From Octopus bimaculoides (taxonomy: Eukaryota), in NCBI RefSeq assembly GCF_001194135.2, contig NC_068985.1:121350597-121387128 (forward strand): a stretch of DNA of 36,532 bases, read 5' to 3'. A program made the translations under genes and the position numbers. Position 1 is the first letter of the stretch, and each line of letters begins with the position of its first letter. This document shows positions 23,551 to 35,872 of the stretch, in pieces. The notes below the pieces were generated by a model, which was given only the letters and a program-made list of their open reading frames with translations, was not told the DNA's origin and did not search any database.

Positions 23551-23762
23551 AGGTGCATGGCCTAGTTGTTAGGGCTCATGAGCATTTAAAACGTGACTTC
23601 GATTCTCGGATCGAGCGGATTGAGCTTCCTGGAGCAAAGCACTTTATTTCACATTGTTCCAGTCATCTCAGCTGAAAATTAAAACTGCTACAGTCTAGTC
23701 GAAGTCCAAGGCAGTTCAACTTTCCTTTCATCCCTCAGGAGTCAATAAAATAAAGTACCAGC
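23551..23762 (+). mobile_element. Composite SINE: CORE-type head plus family A 3' body
   Basis: aggtgcatggcctagttgttag...cactttatttcacattgttccagtcatctcagctg matches 20926-21060. Then ttcaactttcctttcatccctcaggagtcaataaaataaagtacc matches 22850-22897. Confidence 0.6.
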
Positions 23763-23765
23763 CAA

Positions 23766-23976
<211 letters not shown>

Positions 23977-24754
23977 ACCACGAAATTAAAATCAATGTAT
24001 CGTCGTTTAGAACAAGGAAAGACACTCCCAAAGATAAAAATGTTAAGATAAGACAGCAACATTATAAAACACAAACTGGTTCATAAAAGATACATTGAGA
24101 ACAGATACGTGCATCGAAACGAGCAACTACCCCAGAACGTCTCAGATAACAATAACCAAACCCCAAACAAACAATGTAAGAAAGCAATTTACAGAGAAGG
24201 GCGGAAAAGAAGAGAAAAAAATGTTTCGATCCTTAATGAGATCTACAACAAAAGTATGCAAATGAAATGAACTAAAAACGAAGAGAATAGAAAAGTAAAG
24301 CTACAGAAATGCTAAAATAAAATAATAATCTGCTGTTATGAACAGCGGCAATATTTTTTTAAAAACTAAACAAACAGTTCCTTTCTAACAGAAAATGATT
24401 TTTACAAAGAATGAGATTTTTAAAAATGAAGAAAAGATGCAACACGGGAATCAATTTAGCACAAGGAAAAGTAGAAAGCCCTTGGGAAGAGTATAGATAA
24501 TGTATTGATTGTCAGGGACGAATGATACTTAAGAAAAAACTGTTGGAAAAAGCTTGGAAGACGTCACTCGCCAGGGAGTAAGTCACACAAAATTAAAATA
24601 GAAATAACTGAAAGATATCTAATTTGTTACTGTTCAGCAAAGCTTTAACTGATAGGCTATAAGAAAAGAAAAGCTTCACGGGGCATGGTACAAATTGATT
24701 ACCAGTTGGTTTTATAGAGAGAACATTATTCATGAGTAAAGGAGCACGAATAAC

Positions 24755-24960
24755 AGCCAACTACACACATGTGAAGCATGGCGAGTCACAAGGTTATCCG
24801 TCGGCAAGCTCAATATGTTTCTGAACAGATGTTCAAAGCCAAGTGGGAAAGGCTAACCCGTAACCTGTTGAAACCTGAGTCAAGATGAGGAAATGGAGAT
24901 GGCTGGGACACATCCTTCAGAAACCTGTCTCCAACATTACAAGGAAACCCTGCTTTAGAC
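24755..24960 (+). mobile_element. RTE-clade LINE fragment (post-RT region), decayed
   Basis: Translates as LHTCEAWRVTRLSVGKLNMFLNRC and MRKWRWLGHILQKPVSNITRK, matching RTE LYGCE.W......KLQ.F.NRCLR and RRKWRWIGH.LRKP..NITRQ. Confidence 0.75.
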
Positions 24961-25139
24961 AGGTTTCCATGGTTCTACCTCCAAGAGAGGTAGAACCATA
25001 GTTGACGTTAAATAATATGGAAAAGTCTACAGAAACTAAAGCACCCGTAGATTTCATATTTCAACGATCAGGTCCATCTATTCTAAGTAGATAATGCAGG
25101 TAGTAGATTTCACTGTTGCTATAGCTATTGTTTATTCAT

Positions 25140-25255
25140 ATGTAGGACTACCTTATCTAATGTGACCTTGTTTGTTTAAGACGTTAGTAATGTGTAGAAA
25201 ACTTTGGCTGCTATTTCTAGAATGACGATCGACCATGGAGAGGCGCTTTCTTTAG
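25140..25255 (-). mobile_element. SINE fragment related to 23330-23522
   Basis: ttggctgctatttctag...gatcgacc is the reverse complement of the segment at 23345-23372. Confidence 0.45.
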
Positions 25256-25260
25256 ATCCC

Positions 25261-25325
<65 letters not shown>
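25261..25325. repeat. (CT)n microsatellite
   Basis: Directly visible. Confidence 0.96.
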
Positions 25326-25329
<4 letters not shown>

Positions 25330-26046
25330 TCTCCAGGTATTGTAGGTGGTATAGCTAAGTTTTAAACAGAGATGATGCAATGGAAACTATAGGATATTCA
25401 TTGACTTTCATTGCCTACTTCAGCTCATCCTTAAGAAAAAAAGCTAACCGCGACAGGCCAGCGTCATAGCCAGGATATATCTCGCCTTGGTTCTGTCTAA
25501 CGCTACGCAAAGTCTGATTAGAACGAATGCAACAGATTCTTGTGATTCAGAGAAAGAATTAGCTTAGCTTTAAGGTTACTGTGCTACAACAGAATAACTC
25601 GTCGGTCGTACAACGTCCATATTGCGACCCACTCTTACACGGTCACCATCATTCCCACCAGCACCAAGATTACCACCATCACCACCATCGCTTCCAGTCA
25701 GGAGGTAAAGAGCAAGAACAAACACATACGACCTAGCAGCAGTAGCAGCACCTCCACCACACCACCACCACCACCACCACCACACACATATATATAGCAA
25801 AAATGTGACTGAAATTATTTCCTCATTTTTCTAAGCCACATTTTGAATTATTGCATTGTATTGTTGGCCATTGTTCCTCATTGTTAATTATTCAACTAAA
25901 GAATATTCTATTTTGTTTTTCGTTTGCCACAGATACTCCTTGTATACAGTATTATCCAATGCACTCTTGTAAAAGAACATCCTTTAGTCGGTTGACCTAT
26001 AATAAAATAGTAGTTAAGCCTCCCTCAAATCACATTCAAACTTGTA

Positions 26047-26397
26047 TTATTATTATTATTATTATTGTCTTTGCACAGCTTCTAACGCTGGAGATGTACT
26101 ACGGTGTCAGTTGTTCACTACTAGTGAACTAAGGTAAAACCTCTTAATTTTCGAGCACCTTCCGGACTATTCAAGCGGTTCCAATCAGTGCTGTTTTCTG
26201 TAACTGCTCCACCTTTATTGGAGCCCCGATTTGTTCCCTGTAGTACTCAATATTTTTACTCACTGTTCCCTGGGCTCCGACAATTATTGGTACTACTGCT
26301 ACCTTTTTCATCGACCACAACTACTTAACTTCCCAAGCTAACCTGTCATATCTATCGACTTTTCTTTCTTCCCTATCGCATACCTTGTTGTCAGCTA
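26047..26397 (-). mobile_element. R4/Dong-like non-LTR retrotransposon, 5'-truncated 3' end with (TAA)n tail
   Basis: Translated by hand: IADNKVCDREERKVDRYDRLAWEVK*LWSMKKVAVVPIIVGAQGTVSKNIEYYREQIGAPIKVEQLQKTALIGTA*IVRKVLEN*. This matches the RLE C-terminus (E.EK..KY..L..E...LW.....VPI.IGALG...LQK.ALLGTA.ILRK.L). Two in-frame stops. TAA tail at 26047-26066. Confidence 0.8.
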
Positions 26398-26621
26398 TTA
26401 TTATTATTTTTATTGTTCAGTAGTTTTATTTTTATAACGTGCTTTCACTTCACTACCGAGCGCAGCCCTGTGTGCCTTGGGTATGTGCTGTGGTTTGCTG
26501 TGATGCTCTCATGATTACTGCATTGAAAGTGTTTTGCGTAGGGTGTGTGCAGTGCCCAGTAGTGTAATTTCCTGTGTGTTATATATATTTGTAAGTCCTG
26601 GTGTTTTTGTTATGTATTTGT
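26395..26621 (-). mobile_element. Second R4/Dong-like 3' end (different subfamily) with TAA tail, running into a small gap
   Basis: ORF 26515..26715 contains TKTPGLTNIYNTQEITLLGTAHTLRKTLS, the LLGTAHILRK.L terminal motif. Followed by a 3' UTR and (TAA)n at about 26395-26410. Confidence 0.75.
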
Positions 26622-28470
26622 NNNNNNNNNNTTTATATATATATATATATATACATGCACATGTACGTACAGATAGATACTTGAATACATGCCAAATATA
26701 TACTGACACGCGCACGTTTACTTATAAACATGCGTAAACATGTATGCATTTTTCATGTACGTAAGAATGCATGTATATGTATGTTAATATGTTTATGAGT
26801 GTGTGAACGTTTTTCTTTGAGATTTACTTAAGTTCCTCTCAGAATCCAGGCCAGTCACTAACAAACTAATAGGGTAATTTTGGTGAAATCAGTGATTTGT
26901 GGATATATGCGAGTGTATGTGTAAATATTCTTGCTCTTATATACATGTATGCGGATATGTTTGGATATGCTGTCTCTTTAGGATTAGAATCTCTATGATT
27001 ACTTTTCATATATGTATATGTGTACCATGTACACATATGTGTTTATGTGAATATCTTCATCTTAAGAAACTCAAAAGGAAAATCTTAGAAATGTTTTACA
27101 AATCTTCACTGTGTCACTAATCAATTGGATTTGGAGGATGCAAGTCAATTCTTTTCTTTGTTCTTTCTTGGAAAACTGAATAATGCCAGGCTTTTATGCA
27201 AATCTACTGTTACGTAACTCAGTGCATGTATAATAATAGAAACAAAGGTGAATTTATAACCGGGATACAAGAGCTGTATGTTCCTTATTAGTTTGCCACA
27301 TGTAATTTTCTTTTTTCATAGCTTTGAATATGACATTTGCATCTGCCGGACTGTTGATTTCTGCAACATAAAACAACACCGGATCTATAGTGTTTGCACG
27401 AGAATGCAGTTTTAATTAGAATGTCCCACCAGTATTCATTATTTTAAAAATAATGGGTACATCTTAATTGGTATGACTTGGATATGACCGTCAAGACAAT
27501 TTAAATAGTCATGACTAATAGAAAGGTAGTACGTTACGAATATTTTGACCAGCTGCTGATGACGTGACTAATGTCTTTAACAGCAGGCATTTTCTAATAT
27601 AATTTAGACATTTAGAGGCATCTCTATCACTTTTATTTATCAGTAACTCTCTTATGTTCCTGGATAACGGAGGCGTATTGTCCTTGGTTAGATGTGATGA
27701 ATATATCACAGGTTCAGCAGAGATTATTCTCTCTGTTAATGTTGTAGGTGTATTCTAGATGGCAGGATAGTTACGCGCGAATGATTTTTATTAGATATAA
27801 TGAGTGTTTTCCCCATGTTCATGGTAGATAAATCCAGCTCTACCTGAGTCCTCCATTCCGTAATTCATCGCTTACTCTTAGGATGTTATTTTCACTGTTG
27901 AATTCACACATGACGTACTGATTTCTCCATTTTTATTCAATAGGTGTTGCATGAGTGATATGAGGTAGCACTTTAAAGCTATTAAGAATAATCTTTATCT
28001 CGGCCTCCACCTCTCCGCCAAACATAGATCCTGTTAGTGTTACTGTTGGTATGGAAGTTACCCGTAGTGGTTAATATCTTCTGGTATTGATGTCAAAGTT
28101 GCAGATGTCTTCAAGTGTCTACTATCTCAACCATTAATACTAGCACTGTATCTGCAAAAACTTTATGGAATGGAGCCTCATTGAATGTAAACAACTCTGA
28201 TTTCAATACATTTTGAAGTTTGCCGAAGTATTCATTATATGACTTAAGCTTAACTCAGGCTACCAACATTTGAAACATTTTTTATCAATTCCGAGACAAT
28301 TGTATTTGTTATTAGGAACAGACATAACTGGAGGTGGGCATGATTGTTGACAGACGTGATAGGAAACGGACGAGACTGGAGACAGGCGTGATTGGAGACG
28401 GATGTAATGAAGATAGACCATTCATATCCATATTTTTGGTATAGTCGAAATCTTTTCTCGGTCGATTATA

Positions 28471-28509
<39 letters not shown>

Positions 28510-30750
28510 CACACGTGCTCGTATGTGTGTGAGTGCGCACATGTGTTCATGTGTGCGTATGTCTATGTGCGTGTGCGTGCTCGTATCTGTGTGGTGGGGG
28601 AAATCCCTATCAAATACTACAGGCCTTTATTTTCTGCTCACTTCTTTCTCCTTAATGTACAATACTTCCCGATGTCTTTAACCCTCAAGATGACGCAGGC
28701 ATACACCACAAGAGGGCCATAGAAACTCACATGGAGTATGTATGGAAGTACGAAAGTGTACGAAAGATTACACTGGGCAAGAAAAAAATATTTTTGTCTG
28801 GTGCCTGGAATATTTCACTGAATCCTTAAGTGATTTTGCTTGCTAAATTCAAAAATAACTTCAGTTTTTCTCTATCAGGTCTAATTTTCTGACTAAACTT
28901 GATAGAGTTAGTATTTTAAATATATACTTTAACCATATAACACAAGCCTTCTGTAGTTTTTTCACTCTTTTTTATCTTTTATACATCCAACCACGTGCTT
29001 TCACACACCACCTTTCTCACCTAAANNNNNNNNNNNNNNNNNNNNNNNNNNNNNNNNNNNNNNNNNNNNNNNNNNNNNNNNNNNNNNNNNNNNNNNNNNN
29101 NNNNNNNNNNNNNNNNNNNNNNNNNNNNNNNNNNNNNNNNNNNNNNNNNNNNNNNNNNNNNNNNNNNNNNNNNNNNNNNNNNNNNNNNNNNNNNNNNNNN
29201 NNNNNNNNNNNNNNNNNNNNNNNNNNNNNNNNNNNNNNNNNNNNNNNNNNNNNNNNNNNNNNNNNNNNNNNNNNNNNNNNNNNNNNNNNNNNNNNNNNNN
29301 NNNNNNNNNNNNNNNNNNNNNNNNNNNNNNNNNNNNNNNNNNNNNNNNNNNNNNNNNNNNNNNNNNNNNNNNNNNNNNNNNNNNNNNNNNNNNNNNNNNN
29401 NNNNNNNNNNNNNNNNNNNNNNNNNNNNNNNNNNNNNNNNNNNNNNNNNNNNNNNNNNNNNNNNNNNNNNNNNNNNNNNNNNNNNNNNNNNNNNNNNNNN
29501 NNNNNNNNNNNNNNNNNNNNNNNNNNNNNNNNNNNNNNNNNNNNNNNNNNNNNNNNNNNNNNNNNNNNNNNNNNNNNNNNNNNNNNNNNNNNNNNNNNNN
29601 NNNNNNNNNNNNNNNNNNNNNNNNNNNNNNNNNNNNNNNNNNNNNNNNNNNNNNNNNNNNNNNNNNNNNNNNNNNNNNNNNNNNNNNNNNNNNNNNNNNN
29701 NNNNNNNNNNNNNNNNNNNNNNNNNNNNNNNNNNNNNNNNNNNNNNNNNNNNNNNNNNNNNNNNNNNNNNNNNNNNNNNNNNNNNNNNNNNNNNNNNNNN
29801 NNNNNNNNNNNNNNNNNNNNNNNNNNNNNNNNNNNNNNNNNNNNNNNNNNNNNNNNNNNNNNNNNNNNNNNNNNNNNNNNNNNNNNNNNNNNNNNNNNNN
29901 NNNNNNNNNNNNNNNNNNNTATAAAAATAATAGAGTAAAAAATTGGATATTAATTAATATCAATTTAATACCAGGAAACTAGCACATTAAAAGAATCAGG
30001 AGATTCAGAAAAAATTATCTGGTTTTTGAGCTTATAAATATATATATAAAGATATATACATTTATATGTTAAATAAAATAAGGTAAAATGGCCAAAGCAA
30101 TTTGATATTCCTAGGATATTTATAAATAGAAAGGTGGTCTTACAGCTGTTTCAGGGAAATAAATGATATCCCATCATCAGAGACGAGTTAAAAAGAGCTT
30201 CAATAGAGGGAATTAGTAGAGTTCATTTTTGTAGAAGTTATTCTAGAGAGGGAGAGATATACAAGAAATTAGATATAAAAGAAAAATATGAAAATAAAAA
30301 TACATGCTGGGTGCCAAAGTTGCTGTTACGTCATTCAAGAAATGTATTGTGTAGAATGGGTAAAGAGTCTTCTTGTCCATGATGTGTAAAGTCCGATAAG
30401 AATTCATATGTTGTTATTTCAAATGCAGGTATTAATCCCATGCGTTGTTCATTTAAAAAGGATATAGAATAAATATAAGAGAAGGAAATAGTAGAAGAGT
30501 AAAAAGGGAGAAAAATGTCGGGAGGCGAACAAAACTTACGTCTAGCTAAGTACGCGTCGCATCCAGAAAGGACAGAGGTGAGGGGAAAATGGCCTGCAGT
30601 CACCTGAGAAGAAAGGATGAGGGAAATAAACAGAGGGGGTGAGGAGGAGGGAGAAAGAACGAAAGATAGTAAGGGGTGGAAGAAAGATGGACAGGAGACG
30701 GCAAAGAAGGAGGGGAAAACGGAAAATAAAGTGGATTGTCGGGGGGGGTA

Positions 30751-30755
<5 letters not shown>

Positions 30756-30787
<32 letters not shown>

Positions 30788-30809
30788 GAAGGAAGGAAGG
30801 AAGGAAGGA

Positions 30810-30853
<44 letters not shown>

Positions 30854-30894
30854 AAAAAAGAAAGAAAGAAAGAAAGACAGAAAGAAAGAAAGAC

Positions 30895-30932
<38 letters not shown>

Positions 30933-31026
30933 GAAGAAAGAAAGAAAGAAAGACAGAAAGAAAGAAAGAAAGGAAGAAAGAAAGAAAGAAAGGAAGAAAG
31001 AAATAAAGAGAGAAAGAAACAAACAA
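30756..31026. repeat. (GAAA)n/(GGAA)n microsatellite running into a gap
   Basis: Directly visible. Source of the K/E/R-rich and F/L/S-rich ORFs. Confidence 0.96.
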
Positions 31027-31911
31027 NNNNNNNNNNNNNNNNNNNNNNNNNNNNNNNNNNNNNNNNNNNNNNNNNNNNNNNNNNNNNNNNNNNNNNNNNN
31101 NNNNNNNNNNNNNNNNNNNNNNNNNNNNNNNNNNNNNNNNNNNNNNNNNNNNNNNNNNNNNNNNNNNNNNNNNNNNNNNNNNNNNNNNNNNNNNNNNNNN
31201 NNNNNNNNNNNNNNNNNNNNNNNNNNNNNNNNNNNNNNNNNNNNNNNNNNNNNNNNNNNNNNNNNNNNNNNNNNNNNNNNNNNNNNNNNNNNNNNNNNNN
31301 NNNNNNNNNNNNNNNNNNNNNNNNNNNNNNNNNNNNNNNNNNNNNNNNNNNNNNNNNNNNNNNNNNNNNNNNNNNNNNNNNNNNNNNNNNNNNNNNNNNN
31401 NNNNNNNNNNNNNNNNNNNNNNNNNNNNNNNNNNNNNNNNNNNNNNNNNNNNNNNNNNNNNNNNNNNNNNNNNNNNNNNNNNNNNNNNNNNNNNNNNNNN
31501 NNNNNNNNNNNNNNNNNNNNNNNNNNNNNNNNNNNNNNNNNNNNNNNNNNNNNNNNNNNNNNNNNNNNNNNNNNNNNNNNNNNNNNNNNNNNNNNNNNNN
31601 NNNNNNNNNNNNNNNNNNNNNNNNNNNNNNNNNNNNNNNNNNNNNNNNNNNNNNNNNNNNNNNNNNNNNNNNNNNNNNNNNNNNNNNNNNNNNNNNNNNN
31701 NNNNNNNNNNNNNNNNNNNNNNNNNNNNNNNNNNNNNNNNNNNNNNNNNNNNNNNNNNNNNNNNNNNNNNNNNNNNNNNNNNNNNNNNNNNNNNNNNNNN
31801 NNNNNNNNNNNNNNNNNNNNNNNNNNNNNNNNNNNNNNNNNNNNNNNNNNNNNNNNNNNNNNNNNNNNNNNNNNNNNNNNNNNNNNNNNNNNNNNNNNNN
31901 NNNNNNNNNNN

Positions 31912-32531
31912 TCCCATGAATAATACGATTTTTTCAATTGCGTGAACTATAAAAGTCGGAGCGGGGCGGGATAAACTACCTGCATCAACTTGCTATAAAA
32001 GCAGGTAGTAATTTTACCTTGTGTTATTCTTAATGCAAGTTTTGAAGAGTGCAGAACTAGCGCAGAAGCTTGGATTTGGTCATTCAACCATTCATCTGCA
32101 CCTACGCTAGAAGAAAAAGGACCATCTTTAGTTTCCCGACGAAAAGTGTTCTTCCATTAAGATAATGCTGAACCACATACAGCGATGATGACATTCCAAA
32201 GGCTGGAGAAGTTTGAATGGGAAACAATGTCCCACCCACCATATTCGCCGAACGTTTCCCCATCTGATTATCATTTATTCTGCAATCTTCAAAATCATTT
32301 GGACGGAAAAAATATGAACTCTCTAGACGAGGTCAGAACAATACTGGAGGAGTATTTTTCGTCACTGACAAGTGAATTTTGGAAGAGGGTCCTTGCAAGT
32401 CTACCAGATAGATGGAAGAGCATTGTAGAAAATGCAGAAGAGTATATTTTAGATTAAAAAAGAACTTTGTTTATCTTAATTTTGAAAAATAAAAGTATAA
32501 AAAACTGCATTATTTATGGGATAACCCAATA
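31912..32531 (+). mobile_element. Mariner (Tc1/mariner, DD34D) element, internally deleted and non-autonomous
   Basis: Remnants ELAQKLGFGHSTIHLHL (HTH), VFFH*DNAEPH, HPPYSPNVSPSDYHLF and LPDRWKSIVENAEEY. 3' TIR actgcattatttatgggataacccaata (to 32531) is followed by TA. Its reverse complement matches tcccatgaataatacgatttttt at 31912 (19/23), cut by the gap. Confidence 0.9.
32182..32457 (+). pseudogene. Mariner transposase C-terminal remnant
   Basis: ORF 32185..32457 carries the YSPDLAPSDYHLF-type motif. It is preceded by an in-frame TAA (H*DNA), and the first catalytic Asp region is missing. Confidence 0.85.
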
Positions 32532-32684
32532 TATATATATATATATACATTCATACACACACACATACATTCATATGTGTGTGTGTATACATTTACATAT
32601 ATAATGAACTAGTATTTATAGCTACATATACAACTGAGCAACTTATAAGACGTATATGTGAATATTATATAAATGCTATACGTC

Positions 32685-32722
<38 letters not shown>

Positions 32723-32778
32723 TCTGTCTGTCTGTGTGTACGTGCGCACATACCTATGTATGTATCTATTTATACGTT

Positions 32779-32840
<62 letters not shown>
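32685..32840. repeat. (TG)n tracts
   Basis: Directly visible. Confidence 0.93.
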
Positions 32841-32843
<3 letters not shown>

Positions 32844-34205
32844 CCACACCTATATGTTTTTATTCACACATACACACACACTCTTTCATGCACTTATGTG
32901 TGTTTTCGTATTTGCTTGTATTTATAGACGCATATGCATATACATTCATACATACAGGCAGGAAAGTTAAATGGATTTCCAACAGACGACACACATTTCA
33001 CAAAATGAAAACCGCTAATCTAAAGAATAAGTGACAGAACAAAGAAAACAACCCAGTGAGAATAGAAATTGGAAGAAAATTCAAGAAGATAAGTTCTAGT
33101 CTTGTGGCAGCGCCGGAACTTTCAACTAAAGAAGAATCTGACCGAGCAAGCAGAAAGTGGACAGACAAAATAATAACAGAAATTTTGGATAATTTTCTTT
33201 CTTTTCCTTTTAGCATGTTAATACTAAAACACTAAAACATTGCCGAAATAAAAGAGGTTGGAATAACTTTGATGTAAAATATCAGAACTTAGAATTAAGT
33301 AAAAACAAAAAAAAGGACACAGGTTTCGTGTGTCACATAGCTAGCTAGAGGCGATGGCTTCTTGGAGCTAATTCACGGCAGCTTTCGTCCTAATTTTGGG
33401 ACTGCCATGTTGGCTTGGCGATAACTATTAATTTCCAGTACCGCTGCCGTAGTCTCCTTTAGAGAGACTTAGAAATATTAATAACTCTATTTCTGAAAAC
33501 CAGTGGATAGATTCCACTGAAATTAGATAAATAACCTTCGAGCAGATAGTCAGCAGCGCCGCCTGGCTAGGGCTTGGCTGCTCTGCATTGACAAGGGGCA
33601 ACACCCTGAAACTAGTCTGCAGATGCCAAACCAGCAGGNNNNNNNNNNNNNNNNNNNNNNNNNNNNNNNNNNNNNNNNNNNNNNNNNNNNNNNNNNNNNN
33701 NNNNNNNNNNNNNNNNNNNNNNNNNNNNNNNNNNNNNNNNNNNNNNNNNNNNNNNNNNNNNNNNNNNNNNNNNNNNNNNNNNNNNNNNNNNNNNNNNNNN
33801 NNNNNNNNNNNNNNNNNNNNNNNNNNNNNNNNNNNNNNNNNNNNNNNNNNNNNNNNNNNNNNNNNNNNNNNNNNNNNNNNNNNNNNNNNNNNNNNNNNNN
33901 NNNNNNNNNNNNNNNNNNNNNNNNNNNNNNNNNNNNNNNNNNNNNNNNNNNNNNNNNNNNNNNNNNNNNNNNNNNNNNNNNNNNNNNNNNNNNNNNNNNN
34001 NNNNNNNNNNNNNNNNNNNNNNNNNNNNNNNNNNNNNNNNNNNNNNNNNNNNNNNNNNNNNNNNNNNNNNNNNNNNNNNNNNNNNNNNNNNNNNNNNNNN
34101 NNNNNNNNNNNNNNNNNNNNNNNNNNNNNNNNNNNNNNNNNNNNNNNNNNNNNNNNNNNNNNNNNNNNNNNNNNNNNNNNNNNNNNNNNNNNNNNNNNNN
34201 NNNNN

Positions 34206-34239
<34 letters not shown>

Positions 34240-34247
<8 letters not shown>

Positions 34248-34500
34248 ATGAGAATGTGTGCGTGTGTGTGTCTGTGTGAATCCTTGAAACTTGAGAACTA
34301 CACAACCAATTTCATTCAAATTTTACACATGCCTTACTTAGGGTCCATGTAGTGTTTTAACTTCTTGCTTAGTGCGACCCCAGTGCAATATCACATCTCC
34401 TCCACTATTGTAGTATTACGTGTCAAAAGTGAAACAATAACATCTTGCTATTGTAATGTCAGATATTTTCACTTTTATAGTTTCACTTTAATATTGAAAC
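34240..34500 (+). mobile_element. Non-autonomous Helitron-like element, 5' part
   Basis: ATAAAG...(GT)n...AACTACACAACCAATTTCATTCAAATTTT layout parallels the element at 35873 and the recalled Lep1/HINE-type 5' architecture. The 5' TC is not visible because of (TA)n and a gap. Confidence 0.45.
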
Positions 34501-34593
34501 TATTAAATTGAAACTATTATCTCATATTATCGCACAGATCACACAAGCATACATACATATACACATACTTACATATATATAATATACATATTT

Positions 34594-34637
<44 letters not shown>

Positions 34638-34643
34638 ATGTAT

Positions 34644-34674
<31 letters not shown>

Positions 34675-35872
34675 CGTATGTATGTATACATCTGCACAAA
34701 TGTATATNNNNNNNNNNNNNNNNNNNNNNNNNNNNNNNNNNNNNNNNNNNNNNNNNNNNNNNNNNNNNNNNNNNNNNNNNNNNNNNNNNNNNNNNNNNNN
34801 NNNNNNNNNNNNNNNNNNNNNNNNNNNNNNNNNNNNNNNNNNNNNNNNNNNNNNNNNNNNNNNNNNNNNNNNNNNNNNNNNNNNNNNNNNNNNNNNNNNN
34901 NNNNNNNNNNNNNNNNNNNNNNNNNNNNNNNNNNNNNNNNNNNNNNNNNNNNNNNNNNNNNNNNNNNNNNNNNNNNNNNNNNNNNNNNNNNNNNNNNNNN
35001 NNNNNNNNNNNNNNNNNNNNNNNNNNNNNNNNNNNNNNNNNNNNNNNNNNNNNNNNNNNNNNNNNNNNNNNNNNNNNNNNNNNNNNNNNNNNNNNNNNNN
35101 NNNNNNNNNNNNNNNNNNNNNNNNNNNNNNNNNNNNNNNNNNNNNNNNNNNNNNNNNNNNNNNNNNNNNNNNNNNNNNNNNNNNNNNNNNNNNNNNNNNN
35201 NNNNNNNNNNNNNNNNNNNNNNNNNNNNNNNNNNNNNNNNNNNNNNNNNNNNNNNNNNNNNNNNNNNNNNNNNNNNNNNNNNNNNNNNNNNNNNNNNNNN
35301 NNNNNNNNNNNNNNNNNNNNNNNNNNNNNNNNNNNNNNNNNNNNNNNNNNNNNNNNNNNNNNNNNNNNNNNNNNNNNNNNNNNNNNNNNNNNNNNNNNNN
35401 NNNNNNNNNNNNNNNNNNNNNNNNNNNNNNNNNNNNNNNNNNNNNNNNNNNNNNNNNNNNNNNNNNNNNNNNNNNNNNNNNNNNNNNNNNNNNNNNNNNN
35501 NNNNNNNNNNNNNNNNNNNNNNNNNNNNNNNNNNNNNNNNNNNNNNNNNNNNNNNNNNNNNNNNNNNNNNNNNNNNNNNNNNNNNNNNNNNNNNNNNNNN
35601 NNNNNNNNNNNNNNNNNNNNNNNNNNNNNNNNNNNNNNNNNNNNNNNNNNNNNNNNNNNNNNNNNNNNNNNNNNNNNNNNNNNNNNNNNNNNNGAAACTG
35701 ATAGAATAAGTACCAGGCTCATCAAAATTTTGAAAAAGTACTAGGCAGTGTCTCATATTTTTCTTTGCCCACTCAGTTGTATCTATCAATCTATCTTTAT
35801 GTGTGTGTATATACATATAATACACACACGCACACACACACGCATACATGTATGTACATGTGCATATTCATA

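Noticed and set aside
27300-28250. Microsatellite-free ~1 kb segment that might be a decayed coding element
   Set aside because: Frames examined are broken by many stops and show no recognisable motif.
30330-30470. RNVLCRMGKESSCP*CVKSD, weakly like an L1/Tx1 C-terminal zinc knuckle
   Set aside because: Too short and degenerate, and the expected downstream His/Cys residues are absent.
33300-33638. GC-richer island with small hairpins next to a gap
   Set aside because: Only 6-7 bp stems, no ORF or terminal-repeat partner visible, and the gap hides the context.
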